Below are positions 8,272-17,030 of a stretch of 62,254 bases of DNA, one piece after another. Every line of letters starts with the position of its first letter. Within the stretch, counting starts at the first letter, position 1. The DNA comes from Candidatus Yanofskybacteria bacterium RIFCSPLOWO2_02_FULL_45_18 (lineage in GTDB: Bacteria > Patescibacteriota > Minisyncoccia > 2-02-FULL-40-12 > GWA2-44-9): positions 14,553-76,806 of the forward strand of contig MGKV01000007.1 in the NCBI GenBank assembly GCA_001795795.1, written 5' to 3'. The notes under the pieces are model-generated. The model did no database searches. It was not told the origin of the DNA and saw only the letters and a program-made list of their open reading frames with translations. A program made the translations under genes and the position numbers.

Positions 8272-11016
8272 ATGAAAAAATATACATTTTTGGCCACCTT
8301 TTTGGCCGTTTCCGGTATTTTGATTACCGCATTTTTGCTGGGCGGCAATAGCCAGCCGGCAAATGCCCAAGCGGTTGCTCTTGAATTGAATGTTTCGGTC
8401 AGTCCGTATCCGCAGTATCCGGCCAGTCCGGTTACGATATCCGCTTCGGTTGCCGGTTCCCAAGGGCACCAGTTGCGCTATCGTTTTGACTGCACCAACG
8501 ACGGAACTTGGGATACCGAGATTACGCATGTTGCGACAACCGTTTCGGGGATATGTTACTATCCCGCGGTTGGCGGCTATGCCGCGCATATAAGCGTCCG
8601 GGATTTGGTTGACAACCGAAATGACACCACATTCGTGCAAATGGTTGTCGTGCCAACGCCGACTCATACTCCGACAATCACACCGACTCCCACAGTAACT
8701 CCGCCACCGGTTCACAATCCGAATATCCGTATTTTGGCCCCTTCTTCAGGCAAGGTTGAAAGACGCGTCCTGATAATCGGTTCCGGTTTTACCAAAGAGG
8801 ACAATTATATTGTCTTTGGTCCGGGCTATATTCCCATGCCGGAGGGTTCTTTGGTTGGGCGTATCATTGCCTTTAATATTCCAAAAGAAGTTGTATCTCC
8901 CGTTTGTTTGCCTCTCCAGCCGGAACCGTGTCCGCCAAGCCAGCGCATTGCCATAACTTCGGGTGAATACGCGGTATCGGTAACTAACCGTAACGGTACA
9001 AGCAACAGCAAAACCTTTACTGTTACTGGAGTAATTCCGCCGCGGACGGCCATCAAGGTTTTAACGCCCAATGGCGGCGAATCTTGGCTTTTGGGCAGTA
9101 AGCAAAAAATTTCATGGCAATCATTGGTTGCGTCGGCAAACAGCCGTGTTGACCAAATCAATCTTTTGCGCGGAGAAATTCCAGTTCTTAACATATTCCA
9201 ATTCCAAGAAGGCGGCGGCTTGCCCACCGTAGGTTCGCTTAATTGGCAGATACCTCAAAATCTTGTTCCGGCTGACAACTACCGCATCCAGGTAGTTATG
9301 GTTGCGGGCAGTCAAAAATTTGACGATTTTAGCGACAAACCTTTTGCGATTACCTCTGAAACCGGTATTTTAAGCGTTTATTTAAACCAAAAATTTTATT
9401 TGAAGGTTGGCCAAACCGCCGAGGTTCAGGACTACCGTAAATTGCATCTGACTTTTGACAAGGAAATACCGATCGTCTGCATTACAACGCCATGTTATAA
9501 CCAAGGCCAATTTTCCGTAAGCATTCCCTTCTTAAAAGTTCCGACGGTTACATTTAATTTGGCAGTTGGCCAGAGCCAAGAAGTGTATGGCGCGAAAGTG
9601 TCCATGTTGGCTTTGCAAAATGGCGTAGCCACTATGTTGGTGGAGGCAAAACCAATTCAGCCATCCGCAATTAAATTAATGTTCCCCAATGGCGGCGAAT
9701 CTTGGCAGGCCGGCTCAATTCAAATGATCAGGTGGAGCGCTGAAAATGTCAGCAAAGTAACTTTGAAATTAAGGCGCGATTTGACTGGCGATACGGTCAA
9801 AGGAATTGCGGAAAATCTTCCAAATACCGGCTATTATGTCTGGCAGGTTCCCCGCGATTTGCCCGGCGCTGATGATTACAGAGTGCGGGTTATCTCTGAT
9901 GGGGCATCCTCGGATGTAAGCGTGTGGCAAAAAATAGCAGATACATTTAGCAGTTCAGAGGCCGCTGAATCTGCGGTGTTGTTTGACGACAGCGACAAAC
10001 CTTTCAGTATTACCAGTCCGCAAGTTACGCCTACTGTCACTCCGACATCAACTCCTGATGTAACTGTTTCTCTCGGGGTTGTATCTCCGAACGGAGGAGA
10101 GGGTTGGATGCAGGGAGAATCTCACAAGATTAGCTGGCGGGTGTCCCAGAATCCCGATGGCGCATTGCAAAAATCGGGCATGTTCTGGAAGATCTCGCTA
10201 GTCAAGTATATCGTCTGCATTGCTTACCCATGCGTCAGTCCGGAGACCAAACTTATTGAATACGCGGTGTTGGACTTTTCCAGTCCGCAATCTTGGCAGT
10301 GGCTTCCCGTTCAAGATATTGAAGCAGGCAATTATCAGATTAAGGTCAGCTTAATGAGAGAAAAACGCTGTTTGACGATCATTAACTGTCCGAAAGAAGA
10401 AATTGTCCAAGACCTCAGCGATAACTACTTTACCATTCTTCCCCTGCCCTCAACTCCAACTCCAACTCCAACATGTACTGTAGTTGATTGTGCCGCCCCT
10501 CCTCAAGGATGTACATATCAAGGCGGCGATCCCTGCGTTTCCTGCGGTGTTTTAGTTTGTTCTTCCATTACTCCAATTCCCACACTTACGCCAACTCCAA
10601 CGGGGTGTCTTGGCGGTCCGATCGGCTGTATCCGTATCACGGTCAATTATCCCAAGGGCGGGGAAACTTGGAATAACGGCACAACCCAAACGATCAAATG
10701 GTCTTATAACGGCGCTGTTGCGAAGGTAAACGTCGGCCTTATCAGCTGGTATCCGCTATGTACTGCGGAGATTTGTCCGGAACAGCCAGTGCGTCTTTAT
10801 ACTCTTGGCCGATCTGTGGCCAATACCGGCTCATTTGCTTGGATTGTCGGTAAGGACATCAACGGTCAGACGATAAGCAGCGGTAAATATCTGGTTCAGG
10901 TGTCCGATGCGGCAAGCGGCAGATCTGACTATAGCGACGGAGCGGTTTCAATATCTCCGCTGATCCTACAGAAGTCCACTATTTTAGATTCATTCCGCCA
11001 GCTCTTGGGCAATTAG
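8272..11016 (+). CDS. Large secreted multi-domain surface protein (PT-rich linkers, four Kre9/KNH-like PNGGE(S/G/T)W repeats, PKD/IPT-like N-terminal modules)
   Basis: 914-aa ORF with a signal/anchor helix. The motif PNGGESW...I.W recurs 4 times, with PTPT linkers and a Cys-rich CTVVDCAAPPQGCTYQGGDPCVSCG segment. Confidence 0.8.
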   Translation: MKKYTFLATFLAVSGILITAFLLGGNSQPANAQAVALELNVSVSPYPQYPASPVTISASVAGSQGHQLRYRFDCTNDGTWDTEITHVATTVSGICYYPAVGGYAAHISVRDLVDNRNDTTFVQMVVVPTPTHTPTITPTPTVTPPPVHNPNIRILAPSSGKVERRVLIIGSGFTKEDNYIVFGPGYIPMPEGSLVGRIIAFNIPKEVVSPVCLPLQPEPCPPSQRIAITSGEYAVSVTNRNGTSNSKTFTVTGVIPPRTAIKVLTPNGGESWLLGSKQKISWQSLVASANSRVDQINLLRGEIPVLNIFQFQEGGGLPTVGSLNWQIPQNLVPADNYRIQVVMVAGSQKFDDFSDKPFAITSETGILSVYLNQKFYLKVGQTAEVQDYRKLHLTFDKEIPIVCITTPCYNQGQFSVSIPFLKVPTVTFNLAVGQSQEVYGAKVSMLALQNGVATMLVEAKPIQPSAIKLMFPNGGESWQAGSIQMIRWSAENVSKVTLKLRRDLTGDTVKGIAENLPNTGYYVWQVPRDLPGADDYRVRVISDGASSDVSVWQKIADTFSSSEAAESAVLFDDSDKPFSITSPQVTPTVTPTSTPDVTVSLGVVSPNGGEGWMQGESHKISWRVSQNPDGALQKSGMFWKISLVKYIVCIAYPCVSPETKLIEYAVLDFSSPQSWQWLPVQDIEAGNYQIKVSLMREKRCLTIINCPKEEIVQDLSDNYFTILPLPSTPTPTPTCTVVDCAAPPQGCTYQGGDPCVSCGVLVCSSITPIPTLTPTPTGCLGGPIGCIRITVNYPKGGETWNNGTTQTIKWSYNGAVAKVNVGLISWYPLCTAEICPEQPVRLYTLGRSVANTGSFAWIVGKDINGQTISSGKYLVQVSDAASGRSDYSDGAVSISPLILQKSTILDSFRQLLGN

Positions 11017-11031
11017 CATTTGCCGGTTCTT

Positions 11032-11069
11032 AACCAAAACTCCCCCGCCATGGCGGGGGAGTTTTGGTT
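11032..11069. terminator. Bidirectional terminator palindrome
   Basis: AACCAAAACTCCCCCGCC-AT-GGCGGGGGAGTTTTGGTT between convergent genes. Confidence 0.8.
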
Positions 11070-11077
11070 GTAATCGT

Positions 11078-11629
11078 TTAAGCTTCTTCGTTTTTTTGCG
11101 CCAGAAGCTCCTTTATTTTAGCAAGTTCCAAATTGATTATGGAGCCGATTTGAGGGTCGCTTTGGCCGTGCGCGGGGTGATAGGTCGGAAGCAATGAATA
11201 ATCACCGAAGTGAAATACTTTTCCGTGGACATTGCCCAGAGGCAGTTTCAGGCCGATGCCGCTCAACGCCATAGTGCCCAGAGTTACCACAACTTTGGGG
11301 CCGATTGTTTTTATTTCTTCTTTTAGGAAGGGGACATTGGCTTTTATCTCTTTTAGGGTCGGGACGCGATCCGGCGAAGGCCGGTACTTGAGGATGTGGG
11401 TCACGTAAACCTTGCGGGGGTCAATGTTTGCTTTTCTAAGAAATTGGTTAAGCAGTTGGCCGCTTGGTCCGGCGAATGCTTTGCCCTCCCTTTCCTCATG
11501 TTCATCCGGCGACTCGCCGACAAAAGCTATCTTTGAGCCAATCAAACCATGGCCGAAAACCAGCTTTTTACCCTTGAACTTTTTTTTCAAGGCCTCCTGT
11601 ATGTGTTGTAATGAATGGGTTTTTACCAT
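11078..11629 (-). CDS. udg: Uracil-DNA glycosylase, family 4
   Basis: GESPDEHE..GKAFAGPSGQLLN and HPA motifs. Confidence 0.85.
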   Translation of the reverse strand: MVKTHSLQHIQEALKKKFKGKKLVFGHGLIGSKIAFVGESPDEHEEREGKAFAGPSGQLLNQFLRKANIDPRKVYVTHILKYRPSPDRVPTLKEIKANVPFLKEEIKTIGPKVVVTLGTMALSGIGLKLPLGNVHGKVFHFGDYSLLPTYHPAHGQSDPQIGSIINLELAKIKELLAQKNEEA

Positions 11630-11740
11630 GGGCCTCTACATATTTAAGTTAAGATCTCATCTTACACCATTATCTTATTTTTGACAAGCGCTTAACTTGA
11701 TTGAGGAATCAAAATTTGGTATTATTCCTTTGATTAATTT

Positions 11741-11815
11741 GGGCGGCTAGTTCAGTGGTAGAACGCTGTCCTGATAAGACAGAGGTCGGAGGTTCGATCC
11801 CTCCGCCGCCCACCA
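11741..11815 (+). tRNA. tRNA-Ile (anticodon GAT), CCA encoded
   Basis: Hand-folded cloverleaf. Acceptor GGGCGGC/GCCGCCC, D stem GTTC/GAAC, anticodon stem CTGTC/GACAG with loop CTGATAA, T arm GGAGG-TTCGATC-CCTCC. Confidence 0.92.
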
Positions 11816-11861
11816 CTTATCCTCTTCTCTTTTCTTTTGTGTCCCGTTATACTTTTCTCAT

Positions 11862-12572
11862 ATGGATGAGGAGAAAAAAGGAAAATTGAATTTACCGGCT
11901 TCCAAACTGCCGGTTTACAAAGAAAAGGAAGATTTCCGCTCAACTTTTCAGTGGCGGGTTTTTCGCATAATGGCGGAGTTTGTTGATGGCTGGCAGTTTT
12001 TGGCGGACTTTCGGAATACCGTTTCTTTCTTTGGCTCCGCCCGTTTCAAAGAAGGCGAAAGATGGTATGAAGAGTCAAGGAAGCTGGGGGCTTTGTTGGC
12101 CAAGGAAGGGATAGGCGTGGTGACTGGGGGAGGGCCGGGGATCATGGAAGCCGGCAACCGCGGCGCTTTTGAAGCCGGAGGAGAGTCTTTGGGTATTAAC
12201 ATTAAATTGCCGTTTGAACAGCGTATTAATCCCTATGTCCAAAAGAGCATCGGCTTGCATTACTTTTTTGTCAGGAAAGTCATGTTGTCTTACGCGGCTA
12301 AGGCATATGTGTTTTTCCCCGGAGGATTCGGAACGTTAGATGAAGCTTTTGAGCTTTTAACACTTATTCAAACCAAGAAAATTGCGCCAGTACCATGCGT
12401 TCTTGTTGGTAAAGAATTCTGGACGCCTATGCATAAGTTTTTGAATGAGGAGATGCTCGGCAAACTAAAGGCTATTGACACGGAAGATCTTGGCTTGTAT
12501 TCTGTCGTAGATACCGCCGAAGAGGCGTTTGAAATAGTCCGCCACGCTCCACCGAGGGAGTTGTTCTATTGA
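11862..12572 (+). CDS. LOG-family (TIGR00730) Rossmann-fold nucleotide-binding protein
   Basis: GGGPGIMEAGNRGA and PGGFGTLDE motifs. Confidence 0.85.
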   Translation: MDEEKKGKLNLPASKLPVYKEKEDFRSTFQWRVFRIMAEFVDGWQFLADFRNTVSFFGSARFKEGERWYEESRKLGALLAKEGIGVVTGGGPGIMEAGNRGAFEAGGESLGINIKLPFEQRINPYVQKSIGLHYFFVRKVMLSYAAKAYVFFPGGFGTLDEAFELLTLIQTKKIAPVPCVLVGKEFWTPMHKFLNEEMLGKLKAIDTEDLGLYSVVDTAEEAFEIVRHAPPRELFY

Positions 12573-12688
12573 AGCGAAAAGTGTAAAGTGAGAAGCGCAA
12601 AGTGAAAGTGAAAAGGATAGTAAAACTCCGCGAAAGCGGAGCGTTTTTATAAGGGGGGCTAAATATGGTATAATATTAAACATAATTT

Positions 12689-12759
12689 GGGCCCGTGGTC
12701 TAGTGGCAGAACACCGCATTTGCACTGCGGAGACGGGAGTTCGATTCTCCCCGGGTCCA
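12689..12759 (+). tRNA. tRNA-Ala (anticodon TGC), no encoded CCA
   Basis: Acceptor GGGCCCG/CGGGTCC with the G3:U70 identity pair. Anticodon stem CCGCA/TGCGG with loop TTTGCAC. T arm GGGAG-TTCGATT-CTCCC. The D stem has one mismatch. Confidence 0.85.
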
Positions 12760-12781
12760 CATTTTAGAAAAGCGCAAGGAA

Positions 12782-13474
12782 TTAGAGAATCTTTGTGGTT
12801 ATATTCTTTAAGTCACTCAATTTTGACAGGATATGATCTTCGGGTATGCCGTCTTTTGCGAATGTTTCTCTGGGAAGGCCGCCCGATGTTACGGCGACAA
12901 AGTCAATGCCTGTCTTTCGAGCCACTTCCATATCGGGCCACCAGTCGCCGACAAAGAGCATATTATCGCGCGGAATGTCGGGGACAGTAGAAAAAAGCTG
13001 GTGCAAGATTCTTATGTCCGGCTTGTAATATATGAAATGAGGCGTACAACAGATGACGAAAAGAGAAGGATCGATTTTTGCGGCATCAAAACGCAATGCC
13101 AGCGAAGACAGGGAATTGTTGGTGCAGATGGCAACCAACACTTTTTCAGTACGGAACCATTTTATTGTTTCAAGCGAGCCGGCAATTGGAGGATATGGGA
13201 AATGATATTCCCTTAATCCAAACTTTTGTCTGAATTCGCGCACTTTCTCTTCGTTGGCTGACCAGACATTTCTGATGATGTCGCCAAAACGCGGAGAGCC
13301 TTTATGCAGACCTGACCGCGTGTCATTTAAAAACCTGCGCAACGGTTCAAGGGGCAAGTCCATCTGACTGGCTACAACTTCCAGATTGGTTTGGAAATTA
13401 GCCACCAGATCCAGCATTACGCCGTCAACATCCAAAATTAGAAGTTTCAATTCTTTGTCAAAGATCTTTATCAC
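12782..13474 (-). CDS. HAD-superfamily hydrolase (phosphatase-like)
   Basis: 230-aa ORF. DVDGVMLD motif I, a T/S motif II and GDWWPD motif IV. Confidence 0.75.
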   Translation of the reverse strand: MIKIFDKELKLLILDVDGVMLDLVANFQTNLEVVASQMDLPLEPLRRFLNDTRSGLHKGSPRFGDIIRNVWSANEEKVREFRQKFGLREYHFPYPPIAGSLETIKWFRTEKVLVAICTNNSLSSLALRFDAAKIDPSLFVICCTPHFIYYKPDIRILHQLFSTVPDIPRDNMLFVGDWWPDMEVARKTGIDFVAVTSGGLPRETFAKDGIPEDHILSKLSDLKNITTKIL

Positions 13475-13549
13475 TTAACACACCTCGGCAATACAAAAAT
13501 AAGGTAACACAGCCTTGCTTTGAGGGCAAGAAAGAGTTTTAATTAAACC

Positions 13550-14578
13550 ATGATCAATTCTATCGGTGTAATACTTGTCGTTGTTTCTATCGCAGCGCTG
13601 GCCATGCTGGGGGTCAATATTTACCTGATGCTACAGTCGCGCAAGAAAAAGCCGGAAGACGAGGGGCGGGTGATTTTGCACCAGCGTTTGGACTCGCTTT
13701 CAAAACTGGTTTCAGATCAGCTTGAACAAAGCCGCCAGTCCACCGAACGGGCGACCTTGAGCGTGCATCAGCAGGTAGAGGGTTTTACGCGGGGCATGAC
13801 GCAGGTGCATGAGGCGGTGCGCACGATGCAGGAATCCGTCAAAAACGTAGTATCGTTTCAGGATATTTTCAAATCGCCCAAATTGCGCGGCACATGGGGC
13901 GAGCTTTCGCTGGACTCAATTTTAAATCAGTACTTTCCGAGGGATATTTATGAGATGCAGCACTATTTCAAATCCGGCGAAGCGGTGGATGCGGTTCTGA
14001 AACTGCCCAACGGCATGCTTTTGCCGATTGATTCCAAGTTCAATTGGGAAAATTTTGAAAAAATGGTCAATGCGGGCGACGATATAAACAAAGATATCCA
14101 TCGCAAACAGTTCTACAGCGATGTGAAGAAAAAAATTGACGAGATTGCATCCAAATACATTCTGCCGGCCGAAAGCACGACCGATATGGCAATGATGTAT
14201 GTGCCGGCGGAGACGATTTATTACGAAATCATCAATCATCTTAAGGACGTTGATTTGGCGTCTTACGCTCGCTCCAAGAAAATTTTCCTTGTTTCTCCCA
14301 ACACTTTTGCGATTTCGGTTAGCGCGGTGATGCATTGGTTCAAGGATGTTGAGTTCAACAAGCAGACCAAAGAAATCATGAAAAAGCTTGACCGCATTGT
14401 GACGGACAGCGACAAACTAGCCGAGGGCTTCCGCCGTTTGGGCAAACATATATCGGATGCCTCATCCGCCTACGAAGACAACGAAAAACGCCTGACCTTG
14501 ATGGTGGACAGAGTAAAGAACGTGGTAGAGTTGGGGCAAGCTGAAGAAACTCGCGGAATTGACGCGCCGAGGGTATAG
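13550..14578 (+). CDS. rmuC: DNA recombination protein RmuC
   Basis: N-terminal TM helix, a coiled-coil region, then the GELSLDSIL...LPIDSKF...MYVPAE motifs typical of RmuC. Confidence 0.8.
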   Translation: MINSIGVILVVVSIAALAMLGVNIYLMLQSRKKKPEDEGRVILHQRLDSLSKLVSDQLEQSRQSTERATLSVHQQVEGFTRGMTQVHEAVRTMQESVKNVVSFQDIFKSPKLRGTWGELSLDSILNQYFPRDIYEMQHYFKSGEAVDAVLKLPNGMLLPIDSKFNWENFEKMVNAGDDINKDIHRKQFYSDVKKKIDEIASKYILPAESTTDMAMMYVPAETIYYEIINHLKDVDLASYARSKKIFLVSPNTFAISVSAVMHWFKDVEFNKQTKEIMKKLDRIVTDSDKLAEGFRRLGKHISDASSAYEDNEKRLTLMVDRVKNVVELGQAEETRGIDAPRV

Positions 14579-14649
14579 TTATCCACTTTTCAATTTACAC
14601 TTTTAGTTGGGGGGGTATAATTGAGGAGTATTAATTAATTTTTATAACT

Positions 14650-16584
14650 ATGGAACCTTCAAGTTCATCCGGTTCGGTTTTGAATAGCGGCAAGAGGTGG
14701 TTTTTAAAGACAATTTCTCTGGGAAAGTTTAGAATTCCCAACTACGGTTTTTGTATTTTTTTGGTTGTTTTAGTTTTCGGGGTTTATAAAGTTTACAGCC
14801 AATATGTTTTTGACTATAACAAAGGATTAGTGGCGGGCATTTCTAAGAAAATTTCTCCAACTCCTTGCCCGAAGGGAGGAAAATGTCCGGCGTATACGCT
14901 AACTCCGACCCCAACTCCGCTTCCGACGGGCGCCGCTTCTCTTGACATTGCGCTTTCTCCTCTTGCCGCCAGCGGCGCATATGTAAAAGGAACTCCAAAC
15001 GTAAATGTTGTTGCCTTTTTGCTGACTGCAGGAACTGAAGATGTGCATGTTAACGGTGTTACCTTAAACGGGTTGGCGGGGCCGTCTAATGGAAGTTTGG
15101 GTTCAAATTATGCCTCCCTTGCTTCAATGCTAGCAAACCTGCGGCTTTATGACGGATCCGGAACTCTTATTCCGGCATTAGTGACCAGCAATAACCTACC
15201 CACAACCGGCGCTGTAACTTTTGGTAATATGGACTGGGTCATCCCAACCGGAATACCAGGAACTCTTTTGTTAAAAGTTGACCTTTCCAACAACACTCCC
15301 GATGCAAACGACACTTTTTCTTTTGATTTGGAGTCCACGGCCAACATTGCGGCCTCAACAAGCACCCCGGGGGAAATCGTCAATGTTTCCGGTGCCGATT
15401 TGAATGGCTCTTCTACTGCCACAGTTGCGATTACTGTTTCAAACGGGGGTTTAATTGCGGTTTCCCAGGGTCCGGCCAGTCCGGCAAAGAGCGCAGTCTA
15501 TTGGGGTCAGACAAATGTTCCGTTCTCTCAATTTAGATTTACCGGCACCAACGAGGCTTTTTATATAGAGAAATTGACGATTGCCACGCTCGACCGCTTC
15601 GAAGCAACCGGAGCGGCCGCCAATGCCAAGACGATTTACCTGACTTACAGAAACATCGCTGGCAGTATTCTTACGGTAAGCCAATTACTATCCGGCGGCG
15701 CTTCCGCCAGTTTTGCGTGGACCGCTCCGGTGTCCGGAGGAACCGACACGAGGCCGTATATTGCCCAGAACAGCAGTTTGGATGCATCTGTGGCGGTTGA
15801 CATGAGAACGGCGGCGGAAGGCGCGTCAAGCGGAGTTAATTTTTCACTTGATTTCTCCAATACTTATAATGGCAGTCCGGCCAACGGTTTCAGGGCTATC
15901 GGAGCTTCTTCGGGCCAAGTTATTAACGGTTCTTCGCCGGGCATTACAGATGTCATGGGCGTGAATAACCAGTATGTCTATAGGGCATTCCCCAAATTAG
16001 ATATTATAGCTCTTCAGCCGCCTTATAATCTGGTCGGCAGTCCGACGGTGTTCAAGTTCTCCGTTACCGCTATGGGCCTTTCTGATTCCAAAGTATTCTT
16101 TGACAATCAAGCTCTTGGCTCCGGCTCCATTAGGTTTGAGGTCATTGCTTCGGGCGGTTATCAGAGCTCCGCTGTCAGTTCCTCATTTACGGTATACGAT
16201 GACAACGGAACGGTTATCGACACAATTACGACAAGAAACGACTTTAAGCCGTTGCCTCACGCATCTCTGTCTCTGGATTTCGGTCATACCGGCACGGGAC
16301 AGGATGTTGAAATTACCGGCGGCCAGTCCAAAACATTCAGGATTCAGTTTGATAACCCGGGCGTCCATTACGGCCATATCGGAAATTATTTCCAGCTGGT
16401 ATTGCGCGATGACGAAAACGGCCTGATCAATTGGGTAGATAATTTCACGGGTTCAATAACGAACCGTGATTCGGCATCAGTTGCCGGGACACTAAGGAAT
16501 CTTCCGATGAACGGTCCGGTATTTCAAAGACAGACGGCCAGTATTTGGGGGAAACTATTCGGCTTCATCGGAAAACTTTTCTAA
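14650..16584 (+). CDS. Large membrane-anchored extracellular protein, hypothetical (Ig-like/beta-rich, Ser/Thr/Gly/Asn rich)
   Basis: 644-aa ORF with an N-terminal TM helix, a PTPCP..TPTPTPLPT linker and a long low-charge beta-type sequence. Confidence 0.75.
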   Translation: MEPSSSSGSVLNSGKRWFLKTISLGKFRIPNYGFCIFLVVLVFGVYKVYSQYVFDYNKGLVAGISKKISPTPCPKGGKCPAYTLTPTPTPLPTGAASLDIALSPLAASGAYVKGTPNVNVVAFLLTAGTEDVHVNGVTLNGLAGPSNGSLGSNYASLASMLANLRLYDGSGTLIPALVTSNNLPTTGAVTFGNMDWVIPTGIPGTLLLKVDLSNNTPDANDTFSFDLESTANIAASTSTPGEIVNVSGADLNGSSTATVAITVSNGGLIAVSQGPASPAKSAVYWGQTNVPFSQFRFTGTNEAFYIEKLTIATLDRFEATGAAANAKTIYLTYRNIAGSILTVSQLLSGGASASFAWTAPVSGGTDTRPYIAQNSSLDASVAVDMRTAAEGASSGVNFSLDFSNTYNGSPANGFRAIGASSGQVINGSSPGITDVMGVNNQYVYRAFPKLDIIALQPPYNLVGSPTVFKFSVTAMGLSDSKVFFDNQALGSGSIRFEVIASGGYQSSAVSSSFTVYDDNGTVIDTITTRNDFKPLPHASLSLDFGHTGTGQDVEITGGQSKTFRIQFDNPGVHYGHIGNYFQLVLRDDENGLINWVDNFTGSITNRDSASVAGTLRNLPMNGPVFQRQTASIWGKLFGFIGKLF

Positions 16585-16595
16585 AATAGTTGGGT

Positions 16596-16622
16596 CGCAT
16601 CCAAGGTCTGACCTTGGATGCG
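16596..16622 (+). terminator. Stem-loop after the surface protein gene (no T-run)
   Basis: CGCATCCAAGG-TCTGA-CCTTGGATGCG. Confidence 0.4.
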
Positions 16623-16632
16623 GGATAAAAAT

Positions 16633-16812
16633 ATGGCCGATCAACAACTTATTGATTACATTAAATCTTCTTTGACACAGGGTGTGACACAAGATTCGCT
16701 TATGCAAGCTCTTACCGTCAGCGGATGGACACAAGCCTAAATTGACGAGGCGTTTTCTGTTGTTCAATTCGCGAATCAAGCGCCCAAGCCAGTAATGCCG
16801 GCGGACGCTTGA
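16633..16812 (+). pseudogene. Remnant of a small gene interrupted by an in-frame TAA
   Basis: ATG at 16633 gives MADQQLIDYIKSSLTQGVTQDSLMQALTVSGWTQA, then TAA at 16738. The same frame continues IDEAFSVVQFANQAPKPVMPADA to TGA at 16810..16812. Confidence 0.4.
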
Positions 16813-17030
16813 GCCGTGGAAGCGCTATGGGGACAAAAAGATGACCGAGCATCTGGCTTCGGCGGAAATTGTCCGCTGTAATCTGGCGAAATGAGCCGTG
16901 TTTTATCGCGGTCCTTTTTTGTCTGAAATTTTTCCCTTGCTTTTCGGCAAGTTTTTTTGTATTCTATTTTACAATAAGCTAACTCCGCTTTTAATTATTG
17001 GCCATTCGCCAATGGTTATTGGCTGAACAC

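Noticed and set aside
12703-12990. 95-aa ORF starting inside tRNA-Ala.
   Set aside because: It overlaps a well-folded tRNA and lies antisense to the HAD hydrolase gene.
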